Shown here piece by piece: positions 53,300 through 64,000 of a DNA stretch of 64,000 nt. The DNA lies in the NCBI GenBank assembly GCA_030390025.1, contig CM059448.1:17174001-17238000 (forward strand), read 5' to 3'. A program made the position numbers and the translations under genes. Positions within the stretch are counted from its first letter, which is position 1. Each line of letters opens with the position of its first letter. A model generated the notes under the pieces. The model was not told the origin of the DNA. It saw nothing but the letters and a program-made list of their open reading frames with translations, and did not search any database. This stretch comes from Squalus acanthias (Eukaryota).

Positions 53300-54200
53300 C
53301 TCCTCATGTAAGAAAACATCTCAAAGCACTTTACAATGCGGAGTTAAAAGGTAGTCACTGAGCAGAGGAGAAAAGGGAAGTATTTGGACATGGTCAGAGA
53401 GCAGGGTTTTCAGCTTTTTGACAGCAGAGAGGTGGTAAAGGCCGATGGAGGGAGGGGGATCCAGAGGACAGGGCATAGGGGTTGAAATAACTGCAGCAGA
53501 GAACAAGGAGCAATCTGGTGTTAGCTTTAGTTTATCATTAAGCTGGAGGAGATTTAGACTCATCTAGAAACTATGGAATATGGAGGCTTGATTTGGAAAG
53601 AGGATGGGAGGCGTCAGAGGAAGCAGAGGTTGTTGTGCTGATGGCATCCATGTTGGGTGCAGAAGAAGTCCATCCGATCCTCGCGTTTAATATCCGAGGT
53701 GAGGATGGAAGATGTGGAGAAAGTCAGAGGAGGATGTTTGAAATGGAATTTGAAGTTGTGGGAAAGAAACAGTAAAGAGAGTCAACAGGGAAGGTAAGTT
53801 TGTGGGAGGCAGTGAAGGCAAAAAAGTTGGCAGAGGCAAGTTCAGATGGAGTTCAAATCACTGAGGATAAAGAGACTCTGCAAAAAGTGAATGAGGACAG
53901 GAGACAGATTTCAGAGAGGAAGGCAGCTTGGGTGGGGAAAGAGAGTGGTTAGTAGCAGCAAATTGTTGTACAAACATGGAGAAGGCATTGCAGGAATAAG
54001 GCAAGATGGATCCTGGAGATGGTTTGTACTGGAGATGTGGTGGAACATGAAGCCAGGTGGGCAGCCTCAGTGACGGGGAAGGGAAAAAGAGTGATCGTCA
54101 GTAGCCAGGTTTCAACCAAGCCCAGAATGCTGATGCACTCCATTAGGATGAGGTTTTGGACGAGAGAGCCCTGTTTCTGAGACAGTATCAACGGAACCAT
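53300..54200 (-). mobile_element. Old L2-like LINE fragment (endonuclease/linker region)
   Basis: Purine-rich plus strand; minus-strand ILGLVETWL resembles the APE endonuclease motif (ILxLxETWL). Confidence 0.5.
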
Positions 54201-55056
54201 TTTACTGCAGAATTGAGAGTCAAACTCAGAAAAAAAAACCATCAGGCAGGTTCTCAAGATACTCCAGCATTATCACTGCCATTAGCAGCTCACAGCTCGT
54301 CCCACGAGTATACTTAGAAACCAGAATTTCTTGTCAAAATAAACTTTCGCTAAAGGCAAAGTTCTTTTTAGTCAACCATTACGTTTTTAATTGTCCAATT
54401 GCCATGTTCATAGAGCTTGTCCCAATCAGACTTTTCTGCCAGTTATTTGGCTAGCTGAACAGCTACCTTGTCGTGCACCACAATCCAGGCAAATCCTGAT
54501 AAATGGAGATTTCAGAGTGAGGTGGCTGCTTGGATTAGGGTTTCTGCAAGGTGCAGATTCAGCACAACCACTATATGCAAGGCCTCACACCACAGCCCAC
54601 TTAACTGTTTATTCAGCAATTCAAACGAAATGAAACAATCAAAAAATACTTCAACTCAATTACATGTGAAAAGTTTGATTCCTAAAATGTGCTGCTGTGC
54701 AGTATGTAAAGGAATAGCCATATTTCAGAAAAATACACCATCCTATGAACAGAATTCTGACATTATTAAAATATGACAAACTGGGTTTAAAGAGCTAAAA
54801 GCCTCAACGACACAAAGCTGTAAATAAAGGCTTCGGAGATAAGATGAGCTTGTTAACACAAAGCTGTAAACACCATACAAGCTTTTGAAATGGGAAATGG
54901 TTATTGACACTGAGACAATGGCCCTATTGAAGAAGCAAAGAGTTGGGTCCAAGAAGTCTGCAGTTTGGAACCAACACAATAGCTATACCCAGTTTAAAGT
55001 GTTAAAAGCTAACACTTCGAACAGAAACACAGGGCATTAAAAAAAACACGTGTCTT

Positions 55057-55924
55057 TGTAAAAGTAACATCAAATGAAAGACAAGAAACATAAGTTTGTA
55101 ATATAACCAACTAAGATGGCTGGGGAAACAATTAAGTACTCAGTTGAAGTGCTTTTGATTTACATATTGTAAAAGGTACAAACAGAAGACTTTGTAAATA
55201 TTACATCAATAGATGTACCAAGCAATCACATTGTTTGTGTGTTGAACTTGGAAAACACGGAGACGCGAAGTCTGGCTTACAAGCAGCTAAACTGATTTAA
55301 GAATTCAATAGAAGACCTCGTAAGAATGGCATCAAATAGATAAATCTGTTATACCATATTTTATGATAAAATTCGAACACCTAAAGGTAGAGACAGAATT
55401 CTGCAAGTTAACAGCTGAACTGACAGTAAGATTAGAAAGAAGTCAACAGAGAGATGACTAGAGATAATTAGCTTACATTAGCAGAAAACTTCAAAGAATA
55501 TGCCACTGCAAAAAGGGTATAAAATATAGAGCTTTCAGATAGATAGTCAGAAGTCGCTGGAACGGGCAGGCTCTGTAAGTTTTTAACTCTGCGTCTCGGG
55601 GATCAAGAGGTACTTCTTTTTGATTTTGGCGGATATTCTGGATTAAGAATAAGTAGAAATGTAAAATTGTAACGAAGTTAAGATTTGGGAATAAGGATCT
55701 CTGAGAATAGAATTTTAAGCTATTTGTATTTTGAACTGTTAACGTTGTGATTGACTCACCAGCTGTTAACTAAATGTCGATTCTTTAATAAATCTATATA
55801 TTTTTAGAATTGTCTCAGAGTATTTCTGTATCAAACTCGCGAACTCAATCTCTGTACACTCTTTTGAGGAGTTGCAGAATTCTGGGGGGGTTTTCCGGAC
55901 CCTCATAATATCCGGAAGGTTACA
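55057..55924 (+). mobile_element. Candidate solo LTR, boundaries uncertain
   Basis: TGTAA...TTACA termini; gtctt/gtcta flanks; GGGTATAAAA (~55516) and AATAAA (~55788). LTR-like sequence may extend to ~56135. Confidence 0.45.
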
Positions 55925-57006
55925 GTCTAGTTAAACTTATTAAAATGCTATCTGGAGGATGGTAACATCTTCAAGTCGTTTCTTTCCTTTAGGGAGAGAT
56001 AGTCTGAACCTTTAGACCCAATTAAGCGTCTTATAGGATTCGGCTATCTCTAACTTTAGTTGAAGGTAAACATCTGGGGAATACGCCTGATCCGGGGTGG
56101 CCTGAAAAGGGCTAGGACTAGTAATTATCCCTTCAAGTAAACATTGAATTGAAGAGCATTTGAATCAGGAGTTTGTACTTTAAAAGAAGCTATACTTGGA
56201 TCAAGAGTGTGGGTGTGTGCACACACGCAAGTATCTGAATTCGATTGGACAGAAATTTACAAGATTGTGAAGAGCATTATAGCTATACAAGTTTTCAGTG
56301 CATGTGAGAACAGAGAGGAGCTTCACACAGGATAAGAGTAACGGTAAGTCTCTCACCACCTTCACTTTCTCTTCAGTTTGTTTGTCTTCTCATTTTTGTC
56401 TCCCTCCTTTCACTTTCATCTCCTTCCTTCCTCCCGGTTGGCTCTCCCTCACTTAAACTTTCCCTCTTCCACAGTTTATTTTCCTATTCTATTTTCTGCA
56501 GCAAGAAGCAGCATGGAGAATAAGAAACTAAATGTTAGTCAGGACTGTCCCTGACCATCCCTCGTAGTGGCTGCACCAGTGGCTTAGAGTATTGGGGAGA
56601 AGAAGAAAATTAATGCTTAGGCCAACTGTCGCTCGGCAGAGGTCAGCTAATGCAGCACAGTTCACGTTTAATAAATATTTCTATAGGTAGTAAAATATTA
56701 CATGTGTACAAGCAAAATGCATTCTTTTGCCTTCAAAGTAAACTTTTCAGCCTGCTAGAAAAATTAATTAGCGCACTTCATCCAGTATGGTAATGTGGAG
56801 CAATAGAGCCTTTATTGCAAGCAGGGCACTTTAACACACAGCCGATTCAAGGTAAATTAGTACACTTCAATGAATTTGTGCAAAGTTTGTTTTATTCCCA
56901 GCATCTTTCCTCAACAGCAATAATCATTCCATCATGAGGTGGCAGTATTTAAAATACAAGGGAGTAATTTAGTACCATAACACTAGATTATTGAAATAGT
57001 CAGTTA

Positions 57007-57443
57007 ATAGAAACATAGAAACTAGGAGCAGGAGTAGGCCATTCGGCCCGTCGAGCCTGCTCCACCATTCAATACGATCATGGCTGATCATCCAAATCCA
57101 GTACCCTGTCCCTGCTCTCTCACACAGAATCCCCATCGAGCCTGCACCGACACATATCCCACCCTATCCCCGTAACCCCACGTATTTAATTCCCCCTAAC
57201 ATATCCCATCCTATCCCCGTAACCCCACATATTTAATCCCTCCCTAACACTAAGGGTCAATTTATCATAGCCAAATCAACCTAACCCGCACATTTTTGGA
57301 CTGTGGGAGGAAACCGGAGCACCCGGAGGAAACCCACGCAGACACGGGGAGAATGTGCAAACTCCACACAGACAGTCACCCGAGGCCAGATTCGAACCCG
57401 GGTCCCTGGCGCTGTGAGGCACCAGTGCTAACCACTATGCCAC
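57007..57443 (-). mobile_element. HE1-type V-SINE downstream of AATF
   Basis: Same family as 13255-13691, with a short extra internal segment. Confidence 0.9.
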
Positions 57444-57888
57444 TAATCACTCCTTTGTACATCTCGTCCTTCTATTGCCATTGTTGGTCATCATTTGTTC
57501 CAATTTTTAAAAAGCACCATTAGCTTTAAAAGTGAATTTGTAGAAAATATTTCATGAGCTTGGTTACTGATATCTTGTATAAAAAAGTCACTCCTGCTGG
57601 TCTCTAAAGAGAACATTTCAATTTTTTTTTAAATAAAAAATGAATAAATAGTTATAATGACAATATGGAAAAAGACAGACCCGGATAATCTGAGTTTGGG
57701 GGAAAATGCTGTTTTCTTTCAGTGTAGAACACAGATGTTTTCAAACTGTTGAAACCTGTGCCCAATTCCCCTCCTCCCCCAAAAATGATAAACGTACAAA
57801 ATAATAAAAGTTGCCAAGTGACAATGCGGGGTGGTGGGGGGGGGGGGAAAGAGGGAGGATACAAGCTTGTGATATTTGTAAAAAACTC

Positions 57889-57894
57889 TTTATA
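57889..57894 (-). terminator. Possible variant poly(A) signal (TATAAA) for AATF
   Basis: Variant hexamer ~130 nt after the stop, with U/GU-rich sequence downstream. I saw no canonical AATAAA before the V-SINE at 57445. Confidence 0.25.
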
Positions 57895-58025
57895 CCCATA
57901 ACAGAATTTGAATCGGAATTAGAGACATTAGGTGTAATCCTGTCTTGCAGACAACGGGCAACAATCGAGTCCACAATTTTTTCTGGCGTAATTATAACCG
58001 ATGGCCAAAGATCCAGTTGAGACAA

Positions 58026-58083
58026 TCACTGCTCTTCCTCAGCTTGCTTGATTTTTCCAAACAGAGATCTGTACAGTTCTGTC
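58026..58083 (-). CDS. AATF: AATF (Che-1/Bfr2) terminal coding exon, (R)TELYRSLFGKIKQAEEEQ*
   Basis: Minus strand reads ttttcctcctatgcag|G ACA GAA CTG TAC AGA TCT CTG TTT GGA...CAG TGA. RTELYRSLFG is the conserved AATF C-terminal motif, and AATF is the convergent neighbour of ACACA in mammals. Upstream exons were not found in this window. Confidence 0.9.
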
Positions 58084-58707
58084 CTGCATAGGAGGAAAAT
58101 AAAACAAACATTCAGAACACTTGCTTTATGTTGATTAAATGCTAGTTTACCTTTCGTTAGCCTACTGCGGCCTGGATAGGGAGTCAAAAATGAAATCATA
58201 CCCAGAAAGTTTTTTTTAAAGTTGGTTTTAGGACAATGAATGCTGACGATGCCATTAAAGGAAAATGGCTAGGAGGTCTTATTGAGCGCACTGAAGGTGA
58301 AGTATAATGGTGTCATTGTCAGTGGACATAGTCCTTAAATATCAATAGATATATTGCTTAACCCAAGGTGTTTCCACAATGCTGTCATTTCAACAATGTC
58401 TTTTAAATCCACTACCATTGCTGAAAATTGGCCTCCCAAACACATGATCAGCACTTCCTCCAACCCTGGAGCTCCCAATGAAGCGATCAGCACTACAAAC
58501 AAAAGTAAAGTAAAGCAGAAGGACATTAAAGTTCAGAATTTTTTGTAACTCTACTGCATCCTCATAAAACATCCAACTGAAGAAAACTTTTGTACATTCC
58601 AGTCCAGGTCCAGCAGAGCCAGTGATTCACTGCATTCAGACACTGGATTCTTTCACTTCTGTAATGCATCTGGCCCCTGTATGAAATCAGATAAGTTAGG
58701 TCCACGT

Positions 58708-59414
58708 TGTAGAACACACTATTTGCTGTAAAAGTTGACCAAGTTTTACCATCATGCTTCGTGAGGACAAAGACTGGTTGCTGTGAGAACTTTGCAAAAT
58801 AAACTGTTTGACTTGTAAGCTGTAAAAGTTGCCAACTGTCTTTCAACAGATATGGAAAACAAGCTGATTGAAGTTCTGTGGGAACAGACTACTGACTGTG
58901 AAATCAGTGCAATAACAGAAACATCTTCAGACTATGGAATGTACCTAGCCTTGAAACCCATGGATGCCTAACGGACTGGTGATAAGAGGGTCTGAGAAAC
59001 AACTGATGACCATTACGCCGTATAGTTAGGGAAACGTACGCAGTGGGAGGGTTGACAAATTTTGGGGGTATAAAAGGTGCTGTTTCAAGACCACTCAGTG
59101 CTGTAGCCGGGCGACTTGGTCAGTTGCCAGAAATCATACGTCTAGTCACTGCCGGATTGACCACTCGCTGGTGTTCGTACGTATGTGGAGTTTTGCTTGA
59201 GCTTAAAGCGAAGGGATAGCTCGGTGTATGCTGAGGTAGAGTAATTGGGAATTATTATACGCTACATAACTATCGGATGCTTGCTTGTAATCTCTTGCTG
59301 ATTTTTAAGTAAAAGAAGTTTCACAGATTCATTGGGTTTTGTGTTGTCTGTTCGACGGGTCTGAACTTTGGAAACTGTTTGACGGGGCGAGGGGCGATTT
59401 CCGCACGTCTTACA
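58708..59414 (+). mobile_element. Solo LTR in the AATF last intron (antisense to AATF)
   Basis: TGTA...TACA termini; 4-bp TSD acgt (58704-58707 and 59415-59418); internal GGGGTATAAAAGG TATA box and AGTAAA-type signal. Confidence 0.65.
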
Positions 59415-59555
59415 ACGTGCAGAGCAAGCCAAGAGGAGCAGCCCGATTCTCCAATGGTAACATGGGCTCCCATGTTTTGTCTCACATGTATGCTAGACAT
59501 ACATGCATTAGTGGAGCTCAAGTCAACCGCTGTAGAGTTCAGTCATAAGATACTT

Positions 59556-59902
59556 GGGGTAGATTTTAAATCTTGGGCGGCTGATCCACTTTGAGGGCCA
59601 GGCCTCATTGCCATGCCACCAAGCAAGCTTCGGTTGCCATTCGGGCACATCGATGCAGCACGCCAGCCCTGGGCCATTGCAATATCAAGCTGCCCATACG
59701 GCCAGAAGGAAGGTAGGTCCTGGGAAGGGGGAAGCCAGCAGCCTGTGTTATTCCTGTGGAGCCTGTGGGAGCACTCCTGCGTCCGGCTGCCCAGCAGAAG
59801 GTCTTTTGGAGATTGGTGGCAGTGGAGTGAGGGTGCAAACAGGGTGTGAAGCCATTTTCAAGCCACTGTTTATGCAGGGCGGCTGAAGTTAAAATCTACC
59901 CC
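59556..59902. mobile_element. Harbinger-like MITE
   Basis: Perfect 14-bp TIR ggggtagattttaa/ttaaaatctacccc. Confidence 0.65.
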
Positions 59903-60361
59903 ATGGAATCGGTGAGGAAAGAAAATTCTAAAATTTAGCCTAGGCTTTCAACGGCACAGGTTTATTATTGTCCATGAATAACAATTTCTTAATAAGTCAC
60001 CAATGACCACCAATTCTTACACATCATCTGACCTTCAGCTAAAATACAACTTTTGATCTTCACCTTTACCACACATTTTGCTTACCCCTCGAGCTACTGA
60101 AGAGAAACCGATTTCCTGAAGAGACTGATGTTCACGCTGTGGCAATTTCTGTTTCCAGTTCTTAATGTTTAATCAAAGTATGATGACATTTGCAACTGCA
60201 CAGATCAGAAACTCAAAACCCACTTAAATATTGTTAAGCTGTGAAGAATTTCCAATTCTAACAATCTTTAAAATTACAATTCCTATTCACTGCACTCGCA
60301 TCTTCAACACCCTGGGGTAGACGTTTGTCGTTCCCACCTGGGCTTAAGCATCGCCTGGATG

Positions 60362-60510
60362 GAGCGCAGAAAGGAAAATCCGGTGGGGAGAATCATACGA
60401 TGGGAACAGAACCCTCCAGATTTTCCTTCCATTGAAATGAATGGAAGGAAATATAAGGCAGGCTCCTTAAGGACCGTCTGATCCTCCCAGCCAGATTTTC
60501 CTTTCTGCAC
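60362..60510. repeat. MITE-derived long palindrome
   Basis: gcagaaaggaaaatc / gattttcctttctgc arms around ttccttccattgaaatgaatggaaggaa. Confidence 0.65.
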
Positions 60511-60794
60511 TCTGGGGGAGGTAAGCAGAGAGACAAACAAAAAAGGGGAAGGCAAACAGAATGAGGGAGATACAGAAAGAGAGGAAAGAAAGAAAGGGGG
60601 GGAGCAAGAGAGAAATGAAGAAAAGGGAGGGAAAACAAAAGACGCCTGACAAAATACTCAACTCCAGGGAATAAAACATTGATCAATTACATAACTGGAG
60701 AGCGAAAGCTAAACCTAATGCTCACTCTTTACATTGGATTTTTAGGGACAATACACTCAATTGGAACCATAAAGAAGCTAGCGATAAAGAGAGG

Positions 60795-60980
60795 CCAAGT
60801 CATTAAATATATTCAAAAATGAGTTAGATATATTTCTTAAAGCTAAAGGTATCAAGGGATGTGGGGAGAAGGCAGGGACAGGGTACTGAGTTTGGATGAT
60901 CAGCCATGATCTCATCGAATGGCGGAACAGGCTCGAGGGGCCAAATGGCCTACTCCTGCTCCTATCTTCTATGTTTCTAT
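60795..60980 (+). mobile_element. CR1/HER1 3' tail fragment
   Basis: gatcagccatgatctcat...aatggcctactcctgctcct...tatgtttcta. Confidence 0.75.
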
Positions 60981-63900
60981 TATTGGGCAGTCATCCTGTA
61001 GTAGGAATTGAAACACAAACTTTCCTCCCGAACGTGGCATTGCTGCTGCACCAGAACGCTGTCCCAGAACAGTACGATACGGAGCAGGTGCATCTGCTCA
61101 AGAGGGGTTGTTCAAAAGAAACGTCAGACAGGGCATATGAACCTGAGCGGCTCGAGTGCCTGCTACCAATCAACTCTAGGGCAGCTTTAGCGGAAGCTTA
61201 GAACGGGTTACCCGCCTGTGCCCCCATTTGGGGGGGGGGACCATGGAGCGGGTCGGGAATGAACACAGGCACTTTTAGAAACAATGGGTAGAAACAACAC
61301 ATTTTCCTGCAAGTACAGTGTTCATTTTTGCAGGCAGATTTCCCTCGCTTGCTTTAAGCTTTATCAAAATATGAGAGACAGCCAGTCAGTCAAAACTGTA
61401 AAGTTGCACTTGCAACACAAAGCACCACCATACTAGAAGCAGTAACACACACACTCTTGCCCAAGTCCTGCATGCAATTTCTGGCATCACCGGCGTAGCA
61501 CAGCTGGACATAAACAAAAAACCAACACCATCACTAAGTGGGCTTCCAGCAGACGCAGAGTTTTAATTAGGGTCAACTTTCCTTCGCAATATTCAACAGA
61601 ACAAACCAGATTACTCCTCATGGGGATGGTAATAAGGGAAAAATAATATCCTGTCAGTTACTGACATTAATTGCCTTTGTTCTGGAATAGACCAAAGTAA
61701 TGCCAAATTCTTTACAAAAAACAGAGGCTTTAACATTGTAGTTGCATTGTCAGAATAAAGACCACGCGCGAACCTGCATTCTGTGCACAAGTATCCTCCC
61801 CTCCCCACAAACCAGCAAGATAGTTTCAGATTAACTGCAGTTTGAAAGGAACTGAAGGTACTATTTGGAATTTAATCAAACCTCTAATTATTTTACAAAC
61901 ATTTTTCTAGCTCAACATAAAATGGTAAAGACGGCAGCTGTCTTTAGCAACTGTTCACTATTCTATGCTCGAAAACCGTAGCAACTGCAGCAGGTCAACA
62001 GCACGGAGACTGAACACCATAAACATGAACAACTTTAAAAAAAAATGAAATCTCATTTTACGAAGCTATTCATTATTGATGCTACTTTTTTTTTCTCCAA
62101 TTCTTTTCAAAGGCAAAGCTCGAGACACTGCGGCAACTGCCCCAAGAATCTTGTCAAATCAAGTAACAAATATTCAAAAGGTGCACCCTGACTGGTTATC
62201 ATGTTCCGAGGCAATCATGTATTTTCTAGAGGCATGTCCTTTTCAGCCAGGCCCTTCAAGTGGGGAAACTAGATGGAATATTTTAATAGGATGTACAAAA
62301 CCACACAGGCACTGAAAAGATTTGAGGAATTCAATCAAACGAGCAATAAGAGGTATCATTTAAGTTCTGTATATTTTAGACTCGAGTGACAATACTTGAA
62401 AGACAATGAAAGTGACCCTGCCACAAGATTCCAATTACTCTCGTCCATTCAACAGCTTAGATTAGTCCACTGAGCTCTTTTATTGTGGTTTACTCTTGAT
62501 TGCTTGTTCTGTTTCTGACAAGAAATAGAAGATCCATGGTATCAGCCAGAAGCAGGATTTAATGAAAACTGCTAATAATTCAAAATCACTGCTGATTCAC
62601 CTACTGCCTTTAATACAGTGGATAAAGTTTTGCTTTATAACTGGATCAGGTGAGTCTATAGTTGAACCAAACTTTCATGCCCATGTCACAGCTTCCAAAG
62701 TGTTTTACAGTCGTAAATGGCAGTTCGTTAGAATAAGGGGTGGGATGTCCGGTTAAGCAGTGATTCAGTATCAGCTGCCAATTTGCAAATTTATTAACCT
62801 CCCTTTTTATAGAACTGATGAGCACCCCTCCCCACAATTATCTCAATGCTCTTTTATAGACATTGATTCCTTTCCGGGGTACGGTGCCAAGAGCGCTGGT
62901 TTGTCTTTTGGCACTTTGCACAAATAGTCATTGTTCATGTGTACGGCTTGACCGAGTGTCAGCAGGATATTGGACTTTGAGTGCGGAGCTTGCTCCTGCT
63001 TGTCTGTCACACACACACACACCCCTGAGGTTACTGGATAGCACTATGCAGCAGGAACCCTGGCAAGATGCTTTCCTTCCCCTAATCCAGAGGTGCCCAG
63101 ACCCAATTGCCGCTGCCCTACCGGAGATTAGCGAGCTCGAAATCAAATCTGTAGAGCTGAATGGCTGAGCCACCTGTGGAGTGATCACAGTCCTCAATAT
63201 CAGGTGCACTCAACCTTTTGCAGCAAGGGCCAGATACACGTGCCACAACCAGTATGTGGGCAGCATGTGGTCGCACAAAAAAATGACAAGCCCCATAAAC
63301 AAAAATGGGAGGCTCCCCAAATATGGCTGGCTGCCTGCGTGTATCTTACTTCTCTTTTTCCACTTTACAGCCCGGCCTGCTCGACTCCCATCCACTGTAC
63401 TCTTCTGCCTCGGCTGTTCCGCGTGCATGTTGGGTTTGATGGCGTCCTAACAAAACCGCTGGCAACCTCAAACTAAAGACACCGGTTTTGCAAAGGTTGG
63501 TTGCCGGGTACGCCATTCTCTTTTCAACCAGTGTGTTTCAATCCACAATCATTTGGAATCAACTATCCTTTTCGTACAATAACGCCACCTCAAGCCTGCA
63601 GTTGGCCACCCCCATAATAAGCGTGTGAGGAAAATGGGACTCATTGGCCATTACTGTTTATATATAAACAAAATGATTCTCAGTGAGGTGGTGGTCATTT
63701 AAATGTAGGTTTATTTTCTCTCGCTGTTGTGTCCAAACCTCTGGAAGATGCGATGTCCATTTTCAGGACCGTACACTGGCACCGTACATGCTCAAGGCCT
63801 GGAGGGGGGCTTGCACCCGTAACCTCCTGACTCAGTCAAGAGTGCACATAACTGAGCTAAGCTGATAGTAAAGGCTAACAAAAGCCCACTGCACAAACTT

Positions 63901-64000
63901 TTGAATTGAGCTTATAAAGGTCAGTTGAATGTTATCAGTAACCTGCTACATAAAAATTGATTAAAATTATTTTATTTTTATGTTTGGATGAGCAGAGGAA

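Noticed and set aside
54810-54872. 15-bp direct repeat acacaaagctgtaaa spaced ~46 nt, superficially CRISPR-like
   Set aside because: Only two units in eukaryotic DNA with no cas genes; a local duplication or TSD.
1-64000. Prokaryotic-style operons or defence systems among the many short ORFs
   Set aside because: The DNA is spliced vertebrate sequence; the remaining short ORFs are repeat-derived or random.

Overview
Vertebrate genomic DNA, almost certainly from a cartilaginous fish (shark), judged from the repeat families (HE1-type V-SINE, Deu-domain SacSINE1-like SINE, CR1/HER1). The + strand carries the last five coding exons of acetyl-CoA carboxylase alpha (ACACA; 940-31151) and a probable 3'UTR of about 3.8 kb. 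The - strand carries the terminal exon of AATF (58026-58083), giving the tail-to-tail ACACA/AATF arrangement known from the mammalian LHX1-AATF-ACACA block. The rest is intron or intergenic DNA rich in mobile elements: CR1, L2 and RTE/BovB LINE fragments, at least four SINE families, hAT and PIF/Harbinger-type MITEs, and two candidate solo LTRs. A Penelope-like element (PLE) has an open RT-C-terminus/GIY-YIG ORF, a 14-bp TSD and a minimal hammerhead ribozyme. The most notable unannotated signal is six PLE-type hammerhead loci from two families. Several are 90-230 bp insertions that break off just 5' of the ribozyme core, and two of these have perfect TSDs. I found no unequivocally new protein-coding system. 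Family names rest on motif recognition, not database searches, and repeat boundaries without TSDs are approximate.
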